A stretch of DNA of 64,000 nt from Candidatus Saccharimonadales bacterium (lineage in GTDB: Bacteria > Patescibacteriota > Saccharimonadia > Saccharimonadales > UBA10212): the NCBI GenBank assembly GCA_035758565.1, contig DASTXL010000002.1, positions 19,118 to 83,117 on the forward strand, written 5' to 3'. This document shows, piece after piece, positions 16,291-25,336 of this stretch; the stretch's first letter is position 1, and each line of letters starts with the position of its first letter. The translations under genes and the position numbers were made by a program. The notes under the pieces are model-generated. The model saw only the letters and a program-made list of their open reading frames with translations. It was not told the origin of the DNA and searched no databases.

Positions 16291-17793
16291 TTAACAGCCT
16301 CCACTACTGGCATTCTTAAACGAAGACAGCTCGTCGTTGCCGACATTGGTTGATCCCATATTCGCCACATTAGAAGCGGCCACGTAACAAGCGCCCTGGA
16401 AATTGGCATCCTTATACAAAATTTCGCGACGACCAGGCGGAACCAACACCGATGATATAGTGTCGTTTAAGCCCTGAGAGCTAAGATTAGATTCGTTGCT
16501 ACTGAAATAAGTGCAGTTTTGGAAATTAGCATCTATGCAAAAGCCCGGGTTGTTATTCACAAATACCGTGGTCTGAGCAGACTTGGAACCGCCAGGGCCA
16601 GTGCAATCTAAGGTGTACCTTTTGGTACCCGAACTCAAATGGTCGAGAGTCTGCTGGCCATCTTTAGGCCGAATACTACCGCTCCAACTAGCATCCGAGC
16701 TGGAAGCCGTACAGGAAGTTACATTAGAAACCGTCCACTTAAGAGTGGTGCCTTGGTAATATTCAATGGAGTCTTTGCTAGAAGTTAAGCTGACTTTTGG
16801 AGCATCGGCAATTGGCACGGTTACGCTAGCCTGGCTTGATGAACCCCCCGGTTGATTGCTGTCACAAGTGATTGCGTAGGTGGTGTCCGAGTTAATGGCA
16901 GCTGTATTGAAACTGCTTGAGACTCTCCGGTCTGGGTTACTCATCCAGTCAGACGGGCCAGCCGATGGATAGCAGTCGGCGGCATCGGTTGCTTGCCAAA
17001 TTAAAGTGGTAGTCCCGCCGCTAGCAACCGACGCTGGCGCGGCTTTGAAGATTATATCGGGCGCTGCAGCCGACGCTACGGTAATAGTTGCACTACGTGT
17101 CTCGGTAGAAACTCCGTCGGTACCTGTGCAGGTTAAGGTATAGGTTTTGCTGGCGGTTAGGTTGGTAAACGTCTGCTGGCCAGAAGTAGGCTGGCTGCCG
17201 CTCCAGTCGCCAGAGGCTTGGCAGCTCAAGGCTCCCCCTGACTTAGTTGACCATTTAATGGTTACCTGGCCGCCAGAAGCTATAGCCGCCGTTTCTGGAG
17301 TCAAGGTCAGTCCGATCGGCGACGTAGTGATCGGCCCTAGCGGCACTTGGTAATACAAAACCACCGAATCCTGAGTAGACATGCCTTGCCATTCACTAGT
17401 TACGGCATAGGTTTGGTTAGACGAGTTAAATTTTATAATCACCCCAAAAGGATCCTGACCATCCAGGTGACAGTAGCCGCTAGAATCGGGAGACGAACTA
17501 TCTTTGGTAGTTGGATCAACACAAAAACTTGTGCCGTTAGTAGGGTAGTCGGACAAATTGCCGGAGTTAGCGGCGTCGCGCAGCAGTTCAACCTGCTCTT
17601 TAGCGAAAGCCAAAGCCCGGTTACGGTTGGCGGCATCGGTACCAGCATTCAGGCTGCGGGTAGCCGCTGTGAATGATAGCGCCAACACCAAGCCTAGAGC
17701 GGTCACGCTCAACAGAACTTCTATAAGCGTGTCGCCTGTATGATTTAAAAGGCTTCTTTTAGATAGCGTTTTATTTTTATGCAAGCGCCTCAT
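16291..17793 (-). CDS. large type IV pilin-like protein (500 aa) with Ig-like repeats and C-terminal beta/gamma-crystallin-like domain
   Basis: MRRLHKNKTLSKRSLLNHTG|DTLIEVLLSV (E+5 conserved). Four repeats of about 90 aa of the type SGG..T..W....A..C.ASG.WSG. The C-terminus has two Greek-key-like motifs (NFQ.C.YF...NDTISSV; YKDANFQGACY...NDELSSF). Confidence 0.8.
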   Translation of the reverse strand: MRRLHKNKTLSKRSLLNHTGDTLIEVLLSVTALGLVLALSFTAATRSLNAGTDAANRNRALAFAKEQVELLRDAANSGNLSDYPTNGTSFCVDPTTKDSSSPDSSGYCHLDGQDPFGVIIKFNSSNQTYAVTSEWQGMSTQDSVVLYYQVPLGPITTSPIGLTLTPETAAIASGGQVTIKWSTKSGGALSCQASGDWSGSQPTSGQQTFTNLTASKTYTLTCTGTDGVSTETRSATITVASAAAPDIIFKAAPASVASGGTTTLIWQATDAADCYPSAGPSDWMSNPDRRVSSSFNTAAINSDTTYAITCDSNQPGGSSSQASVTVPIADAPKVSLTSSKDSIEYYQGTTLKWTVSNVTSCTASSSDASWSGSIRPKDGQQTLDHLSSGTKRYTLDCTGPGGSKSAQTTVFVNNNPGFCIDANFQNCTYFSSNESNLSSQGLNDTISSVLVPPGRREILYKDANFQGACYVAASNVANMGSTNVGNDELSSFKNASSGGC

Positions 17794-17914
17794 TTTGGTT
17801 GCCCCAACTCCCGGTCGGTCGCGGTGCCCTCTTCATCTTATAATCATAAGCTATTTGCCAACAGTTTGCCACTCTGGTTTGACTGGCGGTGACTTGCTTG
17901 ATTATGCTAATGCT

Positions 17915-18511
17915 ATGGCTTCTGACAAGAATAGTGGATCGCTGCCCGTTCGTGGAGTTATCGCTTTAGCGGTTTTGCTAGCGATTGCCGTGGGCGTAGC
18001 TGCCTATTTCCAGTTTCGACCAACAAAAACTCCTATCAGCCAAAAGACATCTCAAAATACTAAGAAACCGACGACTCCAACCGTATCAAAACAGCAGGCC
18101 GCCTCAAACTCAGAAATGACGCTTAGCGAATTGGGTGTTAAGTTTAAGCTATCTTCTAAGCTCAACGGCCTAACCTACACCGTCACGACCGCGCCGAGCA
18201 GCCAGGGAGATCTGATAACCATACAACTCTATTTAAAGAGTTACTCAGATTTGGCCAACCAGTGCGCCGGAACCACCTCTGGCACCAACCATGCTTTTGC
18301 CAACCTCTCAAAAGTCACCGGATCTGCTGCCAGCCAGCCGGATAGCAGCATCGTAGCTAGGGTCAACGGCTCGGTAATTGTTAATAGCGGTTCGTCCGTG
18401 CCGCCGACCGTAGCCTGTAAGGACGCTCAAACAAGAAGTCAGCTAGATGCCTTGGGCAATCAGCTAACTACCGAGCTAAAACAGTCTTTTGCTAGCGCTT
18501 CTCCTATATAG
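17915..18511 (+). CDS. membrane-anchored hypothetical protein
   Basis: I start it at MASDKNSGSLPVRGVIALAVLLAIAVGVAAYF (ATG at 17915). The track ORF from 17795 overlaps the conserved pilin 5' module on the other strand. Confidence 0.55.
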   Translation: MASDKNSGSLPVRGVIALAVLLAIAVGVAAYFQFRPTKTPISQKTSQNTKKPTTPTVSKQQAASNSEMTLSELGVKFKLSSKLNGLTYTVTTAPSSQGDLITIQLYLKSYSDLANQCAGTTSGTNHAFANLSKVTGSAASQPDSSIVARVNGSVIVNSGSSVPPTVACKDAQTRSQLDALGNQLTTELKQSFASASPI

Positions 18512-18514
18512 AGC

Positions 18515-20155
18515 TTATTGGGTGTGGAAGGATTGCACGCTCCCGCAGCTAGTGCCAACACTGTTGTGGGCACATAGTTGGTAGTAGAAATTGCGATTAT
18601 CTTCTTCGCCGCGGTAGGCCCAGTCTAGGTCAATATGCGTACCGACGCCAACATTACCGGCACCACCACCAGGCAGTGAGCTACAGTTAGTAATTTGCTC
18701 GCCGTTATTTAAATCGCTGTCGTTATCCCACTTGAAGTAACAGCTGTCCACATTAGTGGCGTTAGGGTTGACGGTGCCGGCCAGCTCCCAACCAGAAGAA
18801 TTTGATACGCCAGCCTTAACATCGTGCGTTGCTCCGCCGGTAGTTACACTTGGGGCCAGCATGCCAAATAGTACCGGGTCGCCACAGACAATATTGCTTG
18901 GATTGTAATTGTTATAGGCGCAAACCCTGTAAAAATACTCGTAACTATTACAGTTGTAGTAATTCACAGGTGTGCCATTGCCCCAGTAAGAACCGTAGCG
19001 CGTATCGGTGATAGCGTAATTGACTGCTGGCTCGCTAAAAGCCGAGGTAGTTAGAGTGCAGCCGCTCATATTGGAATTAATACTCCATTCATACCAGGCG
19101 GTAGTGGCATAACCATTCGGGTTGATATTGCTCCTGAAATAAACATTGCCATTGCCATAGACAATGGGCGTCAAAGTAGTGACGACCGGGGCGACATCCA
19201 CAGTGGTTACCGATTGCGTCACGCGTTTTGACGGAGCACCGGGTTGGCCAGTGCAATTTAAGGCGAAGGTTGTGTCGGAGTTTAAAGGTACGCTTGCCTC
19301 GCTGCCCCTGGTACCTTTATCGCCACCCCACGGTCCGCCATCGGCCCGGCAATCAGTAGCGTTGGAGGTTGTCCAAGTCAGCGTTACCCTATTACCCCGA
19401 GTAACGGGATTGGGCGAGGCAGAAAAATTGATAGTAGGGGCCGGCAAGGGTGAAACATAGATCTTAGCACTGCGGGTCATTGACGAGCCATCGGCTGCTA
19501 CGCATGTCAGACTATAAGTTTGTGAAGTTGTAATATTGTTAAGGTTTAGCGTGCCCGAGTTAGCTTTGGGCCCCGACCAGGCGCCAGAAGCGTTGCAGGT
19601 AGCGCTGGCCGTATTAGTTGTCACATTCCAAGATAGCTGGCTAGACTCACCGTAAGAAATAACGGCTGGTGAAGCAGAAATTGAGACGTTGACATTGGGT
19701 GTAGTAGTAATCGGGTCGGCCGGCACTTGGTAATAAAGGCTGACTTGATCCTCGATATTTATTCCCTGCCACTGCGCAGCCACGTTATAGACCTGGTTAG
19801 ACGAGTCATACTTTATAGCTACTCCAAAAATACTCTCACCGTTGAGGTGGCAAAGGCCGTCGCTGCCGACATTTTGTTGGCCGCCAGTTGAAGGATCGAT
19901 GCAAAAGGCGCTGCCGTTAGTTGGAAAATCTTTGATAGCGCCGTCATTGGCCGCAGTTCTAAGAAGCTCTACTTGTTCCTGAGCATAAGCCAAAGCTTGA
20001 TTGCGGTTAGCCGCATCGGTACCAGCATTAAGACTTCGTGACGACGAAGTAAATGACATGGCTAGCACTAGACCAAGGATAGAAACCGACAATAAAACCT
20101 CAATGATCGTATCGCCACGTTGCTGCTTGATTTTTTTGATTTGGTCTAGGAGCAT
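18515..20155 (-). CDS. large type IV pilin-like protein (546 aa), paralogue of 16291..17793
   Basis: MLLDQIKKIKQQRG|DTIIEVLLSV. The N-terminal 150 aa are closely similar to the 500-aa paralogue. Ig-like repeats follow. The C-terminus has two modules of the VNPNG..T...(W/F)..-...Y(Y/R)..A.N..G..CG....F type. Confidence 0.8.
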   Translation of the reverse strand: MLLDQIKKIKQQRGDTIIEVLLSVSILGLVLAMSFTSSSRSLNAGTDAANRNQALAYAQEQVELLRTAANDGAIKDFPTNGSAFCIDPSTGGQQNVGSDGLCHLNGESIFGVAIKYDSSNQVYNVAAQWQGINIEDQVSLYYQVPADPITTTPNVNVSISASPAVISYGESSQLSWNVTTNTASATCNASGAWSGPKANSGTLNLNNITTSQTYSLTCVAADGSSMTRSAKIYVSPLPAPTINFSASPNPVTRGNRVTLTWTTSNATDCRADGGPWGGDKGTRGSEASVPLNSDTTFALNCTGQPGAPSKRVTQSVTTVDVAPVVTTLTPIVYGNGNVYFRSNINPNGYATTAWYEWSINSNMSGCTLTTSAFSEPAVNYAITDTRYGSYWGNGTPVNYYNCNSYEYFYRVCAYNNYNPSNIVCGDPVLFGMLAPSVTTGGATHDVKAGVSNSSGWELAGTVNPNATNVDSCYFKWDNDSDLNNGEQITNCSSLPGGGAGNVGVGTHIDLDWAYRGEEDNRNFYYQLCAHNSVGTSCGSVQSFHTQ

Positions 20156-21084
20156 GACAAGCTATCGACCTCCGTACTAATACCTTGGGCGGTGTTTTTG
20201 ACCTTGACCTCTGCTCGGTCGCCGCCGCTTTGTACACAGATATTCCAGCTACCTATTCGACGATAGCCGCTGCCACTATAGCCGTCGTTAGCCGATGCGC
20301 AGGAGCTGTTAAGTGAGACGCATTCGGCCATAGAAGTTGAATATGGCGTGTTGCCGCCACCAGAAAACGGAAAGGCCACGCTTTCTAGATTGGACTGCGC
20401 CCCGCCCGAATCAGACAAATCGGCATAAATTCCGACTAAATCGCCGTAGCCATCCAAAACGCTACCATCTGTTATCGATGTAGCTTTGGCACTCAAAAAA
20501 CTAACATCAGTAGGCAGATTATAGACATCTACCATCACCATTGCGCCGTTGTTGGATGCAATTTGCGGATTAGTTTCTTCTAGGATTTTAGCCGTCTTGC
20601 CGGTATCGGTTCCGCCGCTATAAATATTACGGTTACCGATAACCGTATAAACATAGACTTTGCTGCTCCCCGGGATAAGTTGGATAACTCTGCCCAGGAA
20701 TAAACAATCAAAATTGCTGCCTTGAGAACCGCCGGCCGATGGGCTCAAACTAGCTTTGCCGCCCGATATTGAGCAGCTGTAGGTTTTGGCGCCGGAATAA
20801 ACTCCGGAATTTACCTCGTTGGCATAAGATTCCAGTTTAGAGGCAAAGTCGTACATATTCTGCGATAAGGCTGTTCTGCCCTGCGAGCCGTGGAACATCA
20901 GTACCGCGCTCGAAAATAAGATACCGGTTACGGCCAAAACGATCATAACCTCTATTATCGTGTAACCGCGCGACTTGTTCTCAAGGTCAGACCTTGCAAA
21001 AAGAGATGAAAAATATATTGATTTTGGTAAAAATCTCTTTGCTTTTTGCAAGGTCTGACCTTGAGAGTAGCGAGCCCACTTCAT
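20146..21084 (-). CDS. minor pilin with prepilin-type N-terminus and 39-aa leader
   Basis: ...ENKSRG|YTIIEVMIVLAVTGILFSSAVLMF. The leader MKWARYSQGQTLQKAKRF... is homologous to the leader of 15433..16272. 10-nt overlap with the downstream pilin gene. Confidence 0.75.
   Translation of the reverse strand: MKWARYSQGQTLQKAKRFLPKSIYFSSLFARSDLENKSRGYTIIEVMIVLAVTGILFSSAVLMFHGSQGRTALSQNMYDFASKLESYANEVNSGVYSGAKTYSCSISGGKASLSPSAGGSQGSNFDCLFLGRVIQLIPGSSKVYVYTVIGNRNIYSGGTDTGKTAKILEETNPQIASNNGAMVMVDVYNLPTDVSFLSAKATSITDGSVLDGYGDLVGIYADLSDSGGAQSNLESVAFPFSGGGNTPYSTSMAECVSLNSSCASANDGYSGSGYRRIGSWNICVQSGGDRAEVKVKNTAQGISTEVDSLSCS
20982..21063. repeat. perfect 22-bp inverted repeat with 38-nt spacer inside the pilin leader-coding region
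   Basis: CAAGGTCAGACCTTGCAAAAAG (20982..21003) is the exact reverse complement of CTTTTTGCAAGGTCTGACCTTG (21042..21063). Each arm also contains the near-palindrome CAAGGTCNGACCTTG. Confidence 0.9.
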
Positions 21085-21125
21085 CTTACTAGCGATTATA
21101 GCATAAGCGCTAAGGGTCTAACCCC

Positions 21126-21923
21126 TTAACCACCAAGCACGCGGTTGTACCAATCCAAGAGAGATTGGCCGAAAATCATAACCACGGCTGTAGCCATAAT
21201 CAAAAACGGTCCGTAGGGTAATCTTGAGCTAAGATTTTTTTTCTGAAGTGTTAATAGCGGCACCGCGATGAGCGTTCCAGCTACCGAAGCCAAGAAAATC
21301 ATTAAAAAGCTTAAGGCCGGCGCGGCCAGCAACGTGCCGGTTACTAAACCAAGTCGCACGTCGCCGTAACCAATCCATTTACCCTGGCTAATTATGTAGA
21401 GCACCAGAAAAAACCCACTGGCTACCACAATAGATCCTGCCCAAAGTAGCAGAGCATGCGGTTTGTGATCCTCTACCGTAACTAGGTAAATCAGCCTGCC
21501 CGCTGCTGCCACTGCAAACGTTGGATAAATGATTTTACTGGGCAAAAGCATCCATTTTAAATCGTAAATAGCCAGGGCTGTCAGACCGACCAGCGAAATG
21601 AGCCAAGCTGCAAAAAGTGCTTTGCTGCCGAGGTTGCTAAAGCCAAGCGGCCACCAGTAATAAGAAGCGGCAAATAACAGCCCTGCGATTATCTCGACCG
21701 CCGGATGCTGCCAAGAAACCTTAGCTTTGCAATAACGACAGCGGCCAGCTAAAGACAGCCAACTTAATACCGGCACCAGATCCCATACTGCCAGTTCGTG
21801 ACCGCAATGGTCGCAGTGACTGCGACCGTGCACAAAATCTTGACCGGCATGCATACGCTCGACTAAAACGTTTATAAAACTGCCCAAGATTAACCCTAAA
21901 ATAAGTAGTGCCACCAAAATCAT
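21126..21923 (-). CDS. pilD: prepilin peptidase / N-methyltransferase (A24 family)
   Basis: CDHCGH...CRYC zinc-binding motif, multiple TM helices, and a GYGDVRLG active-site Asp motif. Confidence 0.9.
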   Translation of the reverse strand: MILVALLILGLILGSFINVLVERMHAGQDFVHGRSHCDHCGHELAVWDLVPVLSWLSLAGRCRYCKAKVSWQHPAVEIIAGLLFAASYYWWPLGFSNLGSKALFAAWLISLVGLTALAIYDLKWMLLPSKIIYPTFAVAAAGRLIYLVTVEDHKPHALLLWAGSIVVASGFFLVLYIISQGKWIGYGDVRLGLVTGTLLAAPALSFLMIFLASVAGTLIAVPLLTLQKKNLSSRLPYGPFLIMATAVVMIFGQSLLDWYNRVLGG

Positions 21924-22282
21924 TACTCTTATGCTAACAGATTTACTGCTTTAAGGCTGACAAAAACGCACTTTGATGAAGAGCCAAACTACTCCTACTT
22001 TTATATGGACAAAATATGTACTTTTAAAAAGTACCAAGCTATTCCAACTTTGTGCCGACAAAGTTGGACAAAACTCTCGAGCCTGGTTCAAAAACCAGGC
22101 GTTCATTCAGGCACCAAAATTAAGTGAACCTTGCGGAACTCACTAACGTTCAAACAGTCCTCGGTTCTGCCTAATTTTGGCTATTCATTCACCCTGTTTT
22201 TGAGGGCTCGAATTATTTATAACCAACGTTGGGTCTGGAGTTTTCCAGGCTTAAGAAAACAGGTTAATTTGAGCGAGCGAGT

Positions 22283-22374
22283 ACTTGTTTAAAAAAGTGG
22301 GTTAAGCCTAGTGCAGCCGGAGCCTGCCCGACCTGCGGGCGGCTCCGCGCGAAACGCACACTTTTTAAACAAGT
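22283..22374 (-). terminator. large nested stem-loop immediately downstream of pilA
   Basis: ACTTGTTTAAAAA(A)GTG pairs with CACTTTTTAAACAAGT and encloses a second CGGAGCC/GGCTCCG hairpin. It starts 8 nt after the pilA stop codon. Confidence 0.45.
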
Positions 22375-22381
22375 GCGAGCG

Positions 22382-22849
22382 TTAGTCGCCGGCGCAGGCG
22401 TTCTCTGGATCGCCGGTGGTTTCTATTTGGTAGCCAATGGCGAATGAACGATCGGATGGATTGGAAGTTATAGCCCCAGTCTGCGGATCACAAGTGGCGC
22501 CTTTATAGATCACTAGCTGGGTGGTGCTTCCGTAAGCTCCGCCGCTACCCGGGATGGTCGAAGTTAGGGTAGGTGTGGTATCCATAATAGACCAGTGTTG
22601 GCCGCTAGTTAGAGAAGACATGTCGCTATACTGAGCTGGCAAAACTCCGGCGTGATTAGAGGCATATTCACTGACTAGGCCTGATAGGTTGCTAGCGTCG
22701 TTCTTGCGCTGGGTATTTCGGGCACTACGTTCAAGCGCGGGTACGGCTACGAACACGATGGCCATGATCAAGCCGGCAATAGCCAAAACAATCGTAACTT
22801 CGATGATAGTGAAGCCTGATTGACCCTTTTTCCTCAATAAATTTTTCAT
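22382..22849 (-). CDS. pilA: major type IV pilin
   Basis: MKNLLRKKGQSG|FTIIEVTIVLAIAGLIMAIVFVAVPA. Short leader, 155 aa, C-terminal Cys pair. Standalone transcription unit flanked by strong hairpins. Confidence 0.88.
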   Translation of the reverse strand: MKNLLRKKGQSGFTIIEVTIVLAIAGLIMAIVFVAVPALERSARNTQRKNDASNLSGLVSEYASNHAGVLPAQYSDMSSLTSGQHWSIMDTTPTLTSTIPGSGGAYGSTTQLVIYKGATCDPQTGAITSNPSDRSFAIGYQIETTGDPENACAGD

Positions 22850-23024
22850 TGTGCCCTTCTTTTAGCCCCCTATTTTAGTTGAAATTGTTTTTATTGCTTA
22901 TGCACTCATTTAAGCATAACAGGTTTGATAGTCAAGCCCCGTAGTAGACTTTCGATTCGTCCGGCTAGCAGGACTATTATTCACCGACGGTGAATAATAT
23001 CGAAAGCTCACTAGGGGTCAAGCC

Positions 23025-24239
23025 TTAAATCTGTAGGTTCTTGCCAGCCAAACTATAGATTGGCAACAATACGGCCGCTACCACCACAAGCGCGATTACG
23101 CCGACCACTACCATCAAGGCCGGTTCGATGATGGTAGATATAGATTTAACCTGATTATCAACTTCTTTTTCGTAGTAATCGGCCAGTTTGGTGAACATGC
23201 CCTCGAGCTGGCCGGATTGCTCGCCAACCCGGATCATACCAGACACTAGATCGGGGAAATTGGGATCTTTGGCTAGACTATCGCTTAGGGGTTTACCGCC
23301 CTTAACATCTTCTGCAGCCTTATTGATAGCGTTTTCTATTTGCACGTTACCAACCGCTTGGGCACTAGTTGAAAGCATCTTTATAATTGGAACGCCGCTA
23401 GCCACCAAAGTGGCCGCTGCCCGAGCAAAACGAGCCATATAAAGTTCGGTAAACAGATTAGAGGCTGGCCACATCCGCAGCTTGATCCGGTCAACTAACT
23501 GCTTGCCGGGGCCGGTTCTGGCATAACGCGTACCAAAAAACGCCGCTCCCACTACGATTACTATGGTAATCCACCAAAAATGCGTCACCGCATGGGTTAG
23601 TCCCAGAAGTATGCGCGTCATAAACGGTAGCTCAGCCCCAGGAATCGAGGAGTATAGATTTTGAACCTGCGGCAAAACGCTGGTCATCATGAATAACACC
23701 ACGGCAATCAGTACAAAAATAACGATAATCGGATATATAAAAGCCGAGCGAACCCGAGACATGATCTCGGCGTCTTTTTCTTGCTGATTGGCTAAGCGTT
23801 CCAAGCTGGTATCTAATGTACCCGAAGCTTCACCGGCAGCTACTAAGCTAACGTAAACGTCATTAAAGATCTTGGGGTGTTTGGCCATGGCATTGGCCAA
23901 GCTCGATCCAGCCTCGACATCTTTAATAACCTTACCAATTATCTCTTTAAGAGGTTTATTGGTCATTTGAGTCTCAACCGAGCTTAAACTCTGCACTAGT
24001 GGCAAGCCGGCATTTACCAGCGTAGCGAGCTGACGCGAGAAAATAATCCTCTGTTTGCCAGGAATTCTATTAAAAATAGAGCGCAGACCGTTTTCTTCGC
24101 CTTTGACTTTTAGTTCAAGCGGCGCCCAACCACGCTCTACTAATAAGCGGGTGGCGGTAGCTTCATTCTCGGCTTCTACCTCAGCAGTTATTTTCTGGCC
24201 GCTTTTAGGGTCACGCGCCGTATAAATATAGGTCAGCAT
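23025..24239 (-). CDS. pilC: type IV pilus platform protein PilC (GspF family)
   Basis: Two GspF-type repeats (FSRQLATLVNAGLPLVQSL / FARAAATLVASGVPIIKML) and three TM segments. Confidence 0.9.
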   Translation of the reverse strand: MLTYIYTARDPKSGQKITAEVEAENEATATRLLVERGWAPLELKVKGEENGLRSIFNRIPGKQRIIFSRQLATLVNAGLPLVQSLSSVETQMTNKPLKEIIGKVIKDVEAGSSLANAMAKHPKIFNDVYVSLVAAGEASGTLDTSLERLANQQEKDAEIMSRVRSAFIYPIIVIFVLIAVVLFMMTSVLPQVQNLYSSIPGAELPFMTRILLGLTHAVTHFWWITIVIVVGAAFFGTRYARTGPGKQLVDRIKLRMWPASNLFTELYMARFARAAATLVASGVPIIKMLSTSAQAVGNVQIENAINKAAEDVKGGKPLSDSLAKDPNFPDLVSGMIRVGEQSGQLEGMFTKLADYYEKEVDNQVKSISTIIEPALMVVVGVIALVVVAAVLLPIYSLAGKNLQI

Positions 24240-25318
24240 TACTTAGCCTGCTCCTCGCGCATTATTCTATCTAACTCGGTGACATCAACAGCGAAATTCC
24301 GGGCCTCGTCGTAGCTTATGATCCCGCGCTGAATTAACGCGGCCAAGTTAGCATCCATAGCCTGCATGCCGTACTGCGTGCCCGTCTGAATAACCGCATC
24401 TAGCTGATAATTCTTGCCCTCGCGAATGATGTTGCGCACTGCCGGTGTAGCAATCAGCACCTCTGTAGCCGGCACGCGGCCGCCCTGCAAAGAGGGCACC
24501 AGACGTTGCGAGCAAATGGCCTGGAGCACGTTGCCAATCTGGCTTTTTACTTGGGGCTGTTGGTGCGGCGGAAAAACGTCGATCATACGGTCGATAGATT
24601 GACTGGCCGAGTTGGTGTGCAGGGTGGCCAGCACTAGGTGTCCGGTTTCGGCAATGGTAACGGCGGCGGCGATTGTCTCAAGATCGCGCATTTCGCCGAT
24701 AAGAACCACATCTGGATCTTCACGCAGCGTAGAGCGCAAGGCAGCACTAAAGCTATAGGTGTCGTAGTGCACTTCGCGCTGAACAATAGCGGCTTTTTTG
24801 GATTGGTGAGTATATTCGATTGGATCCTCAACAGTAATGATGTGTGCCGGCCGTTCATTGTTGATTTTCTCTATAAGAGCCGCCAGCGTGGTCGATTTGC
24901 CAGATCCCGTCGGACCAGTAACCAAGACCAAACCCCTAGGGAAATTGGCAAAATTAGCCACAATGGGCGGTAAACCAAGCTGGTCGATCGCTGGGATTTC
25001 GTTAGGAATCAAGCGCATGGCGGCGGCCAAGTTGCCGCGCTCGTGAAAGGCATTAACACGGAAGCGGCCCAGATCACCGAAAGCGAAAGAAAAATCGAGT
25101 TCTTTGTCGCGCAGTAAAATTTTCTTCTGGTCTTCATCCATCAGGCTAAAAAGCAACTGCTCAACCGCGTCTTCTTTAAGCGGTTCACTTTGCGGAACGG
25201 GGCCAAGCGCGCCGTTAACACGTAACATCGGCGGCAAACCAACTTGCAAATGCAGGTCTGACGCCTTGCGTTTAATAACTTGTTCCAGCAGAATTTCTAT
25301 TTTTGGCTGCGGCTGCAT
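24239..25318 (-). CDS. pilT: twitching-motility retraction ATPase PilT
   Basis: 359 aa. Walker A GPTGSGKSTT, Asp box, Walker B and His box (ATLHTNSA). No N-terminal GSPII domains, as in PilT. Confidence 0.88.
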   Translation of the reverse strand: MQPQPKIEILLEQVIKRKASDLHLQVGLPPMLRVNGALGPVPQSEPLKEDAVEQLLFSLMDEDQKKILLRDKELDFSFAFGDLGRFRVNAFHERGNLAAAMRLIPNEIPAIDQLGLPPIVANFANFPRGLVLVTGPTGSGKSTTLAALIEKINNERPAHIITVEDPIEYTHQSKKAAIVQREVHYDTYSFSAALRSTLREDPDVVLIGEMRDLETIAAAVTIAETGHLVLATLHTNSASQSIDRMIDVFPPHQQPQVKSQIGNVLQAICSQRLVPSLQGGRVPATEVLIATPAVRNIIREGKNYQLDAVIQTGTQYGMQAMDANLAALIQRGIISYDEARNFAVDVTELDRIMREEQAK

Positions 25319-25336
25319 TATAATCCCTTCCCGGCC

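Noticed and set aside
17795-17914. First 40 codons of track ORF 17795..18511
   Set aside because: This part overlaps the conserved pilin 5' module on the opposite strand and has no signal or TM features. The Met at 17915 precedes a proper TM anchor.
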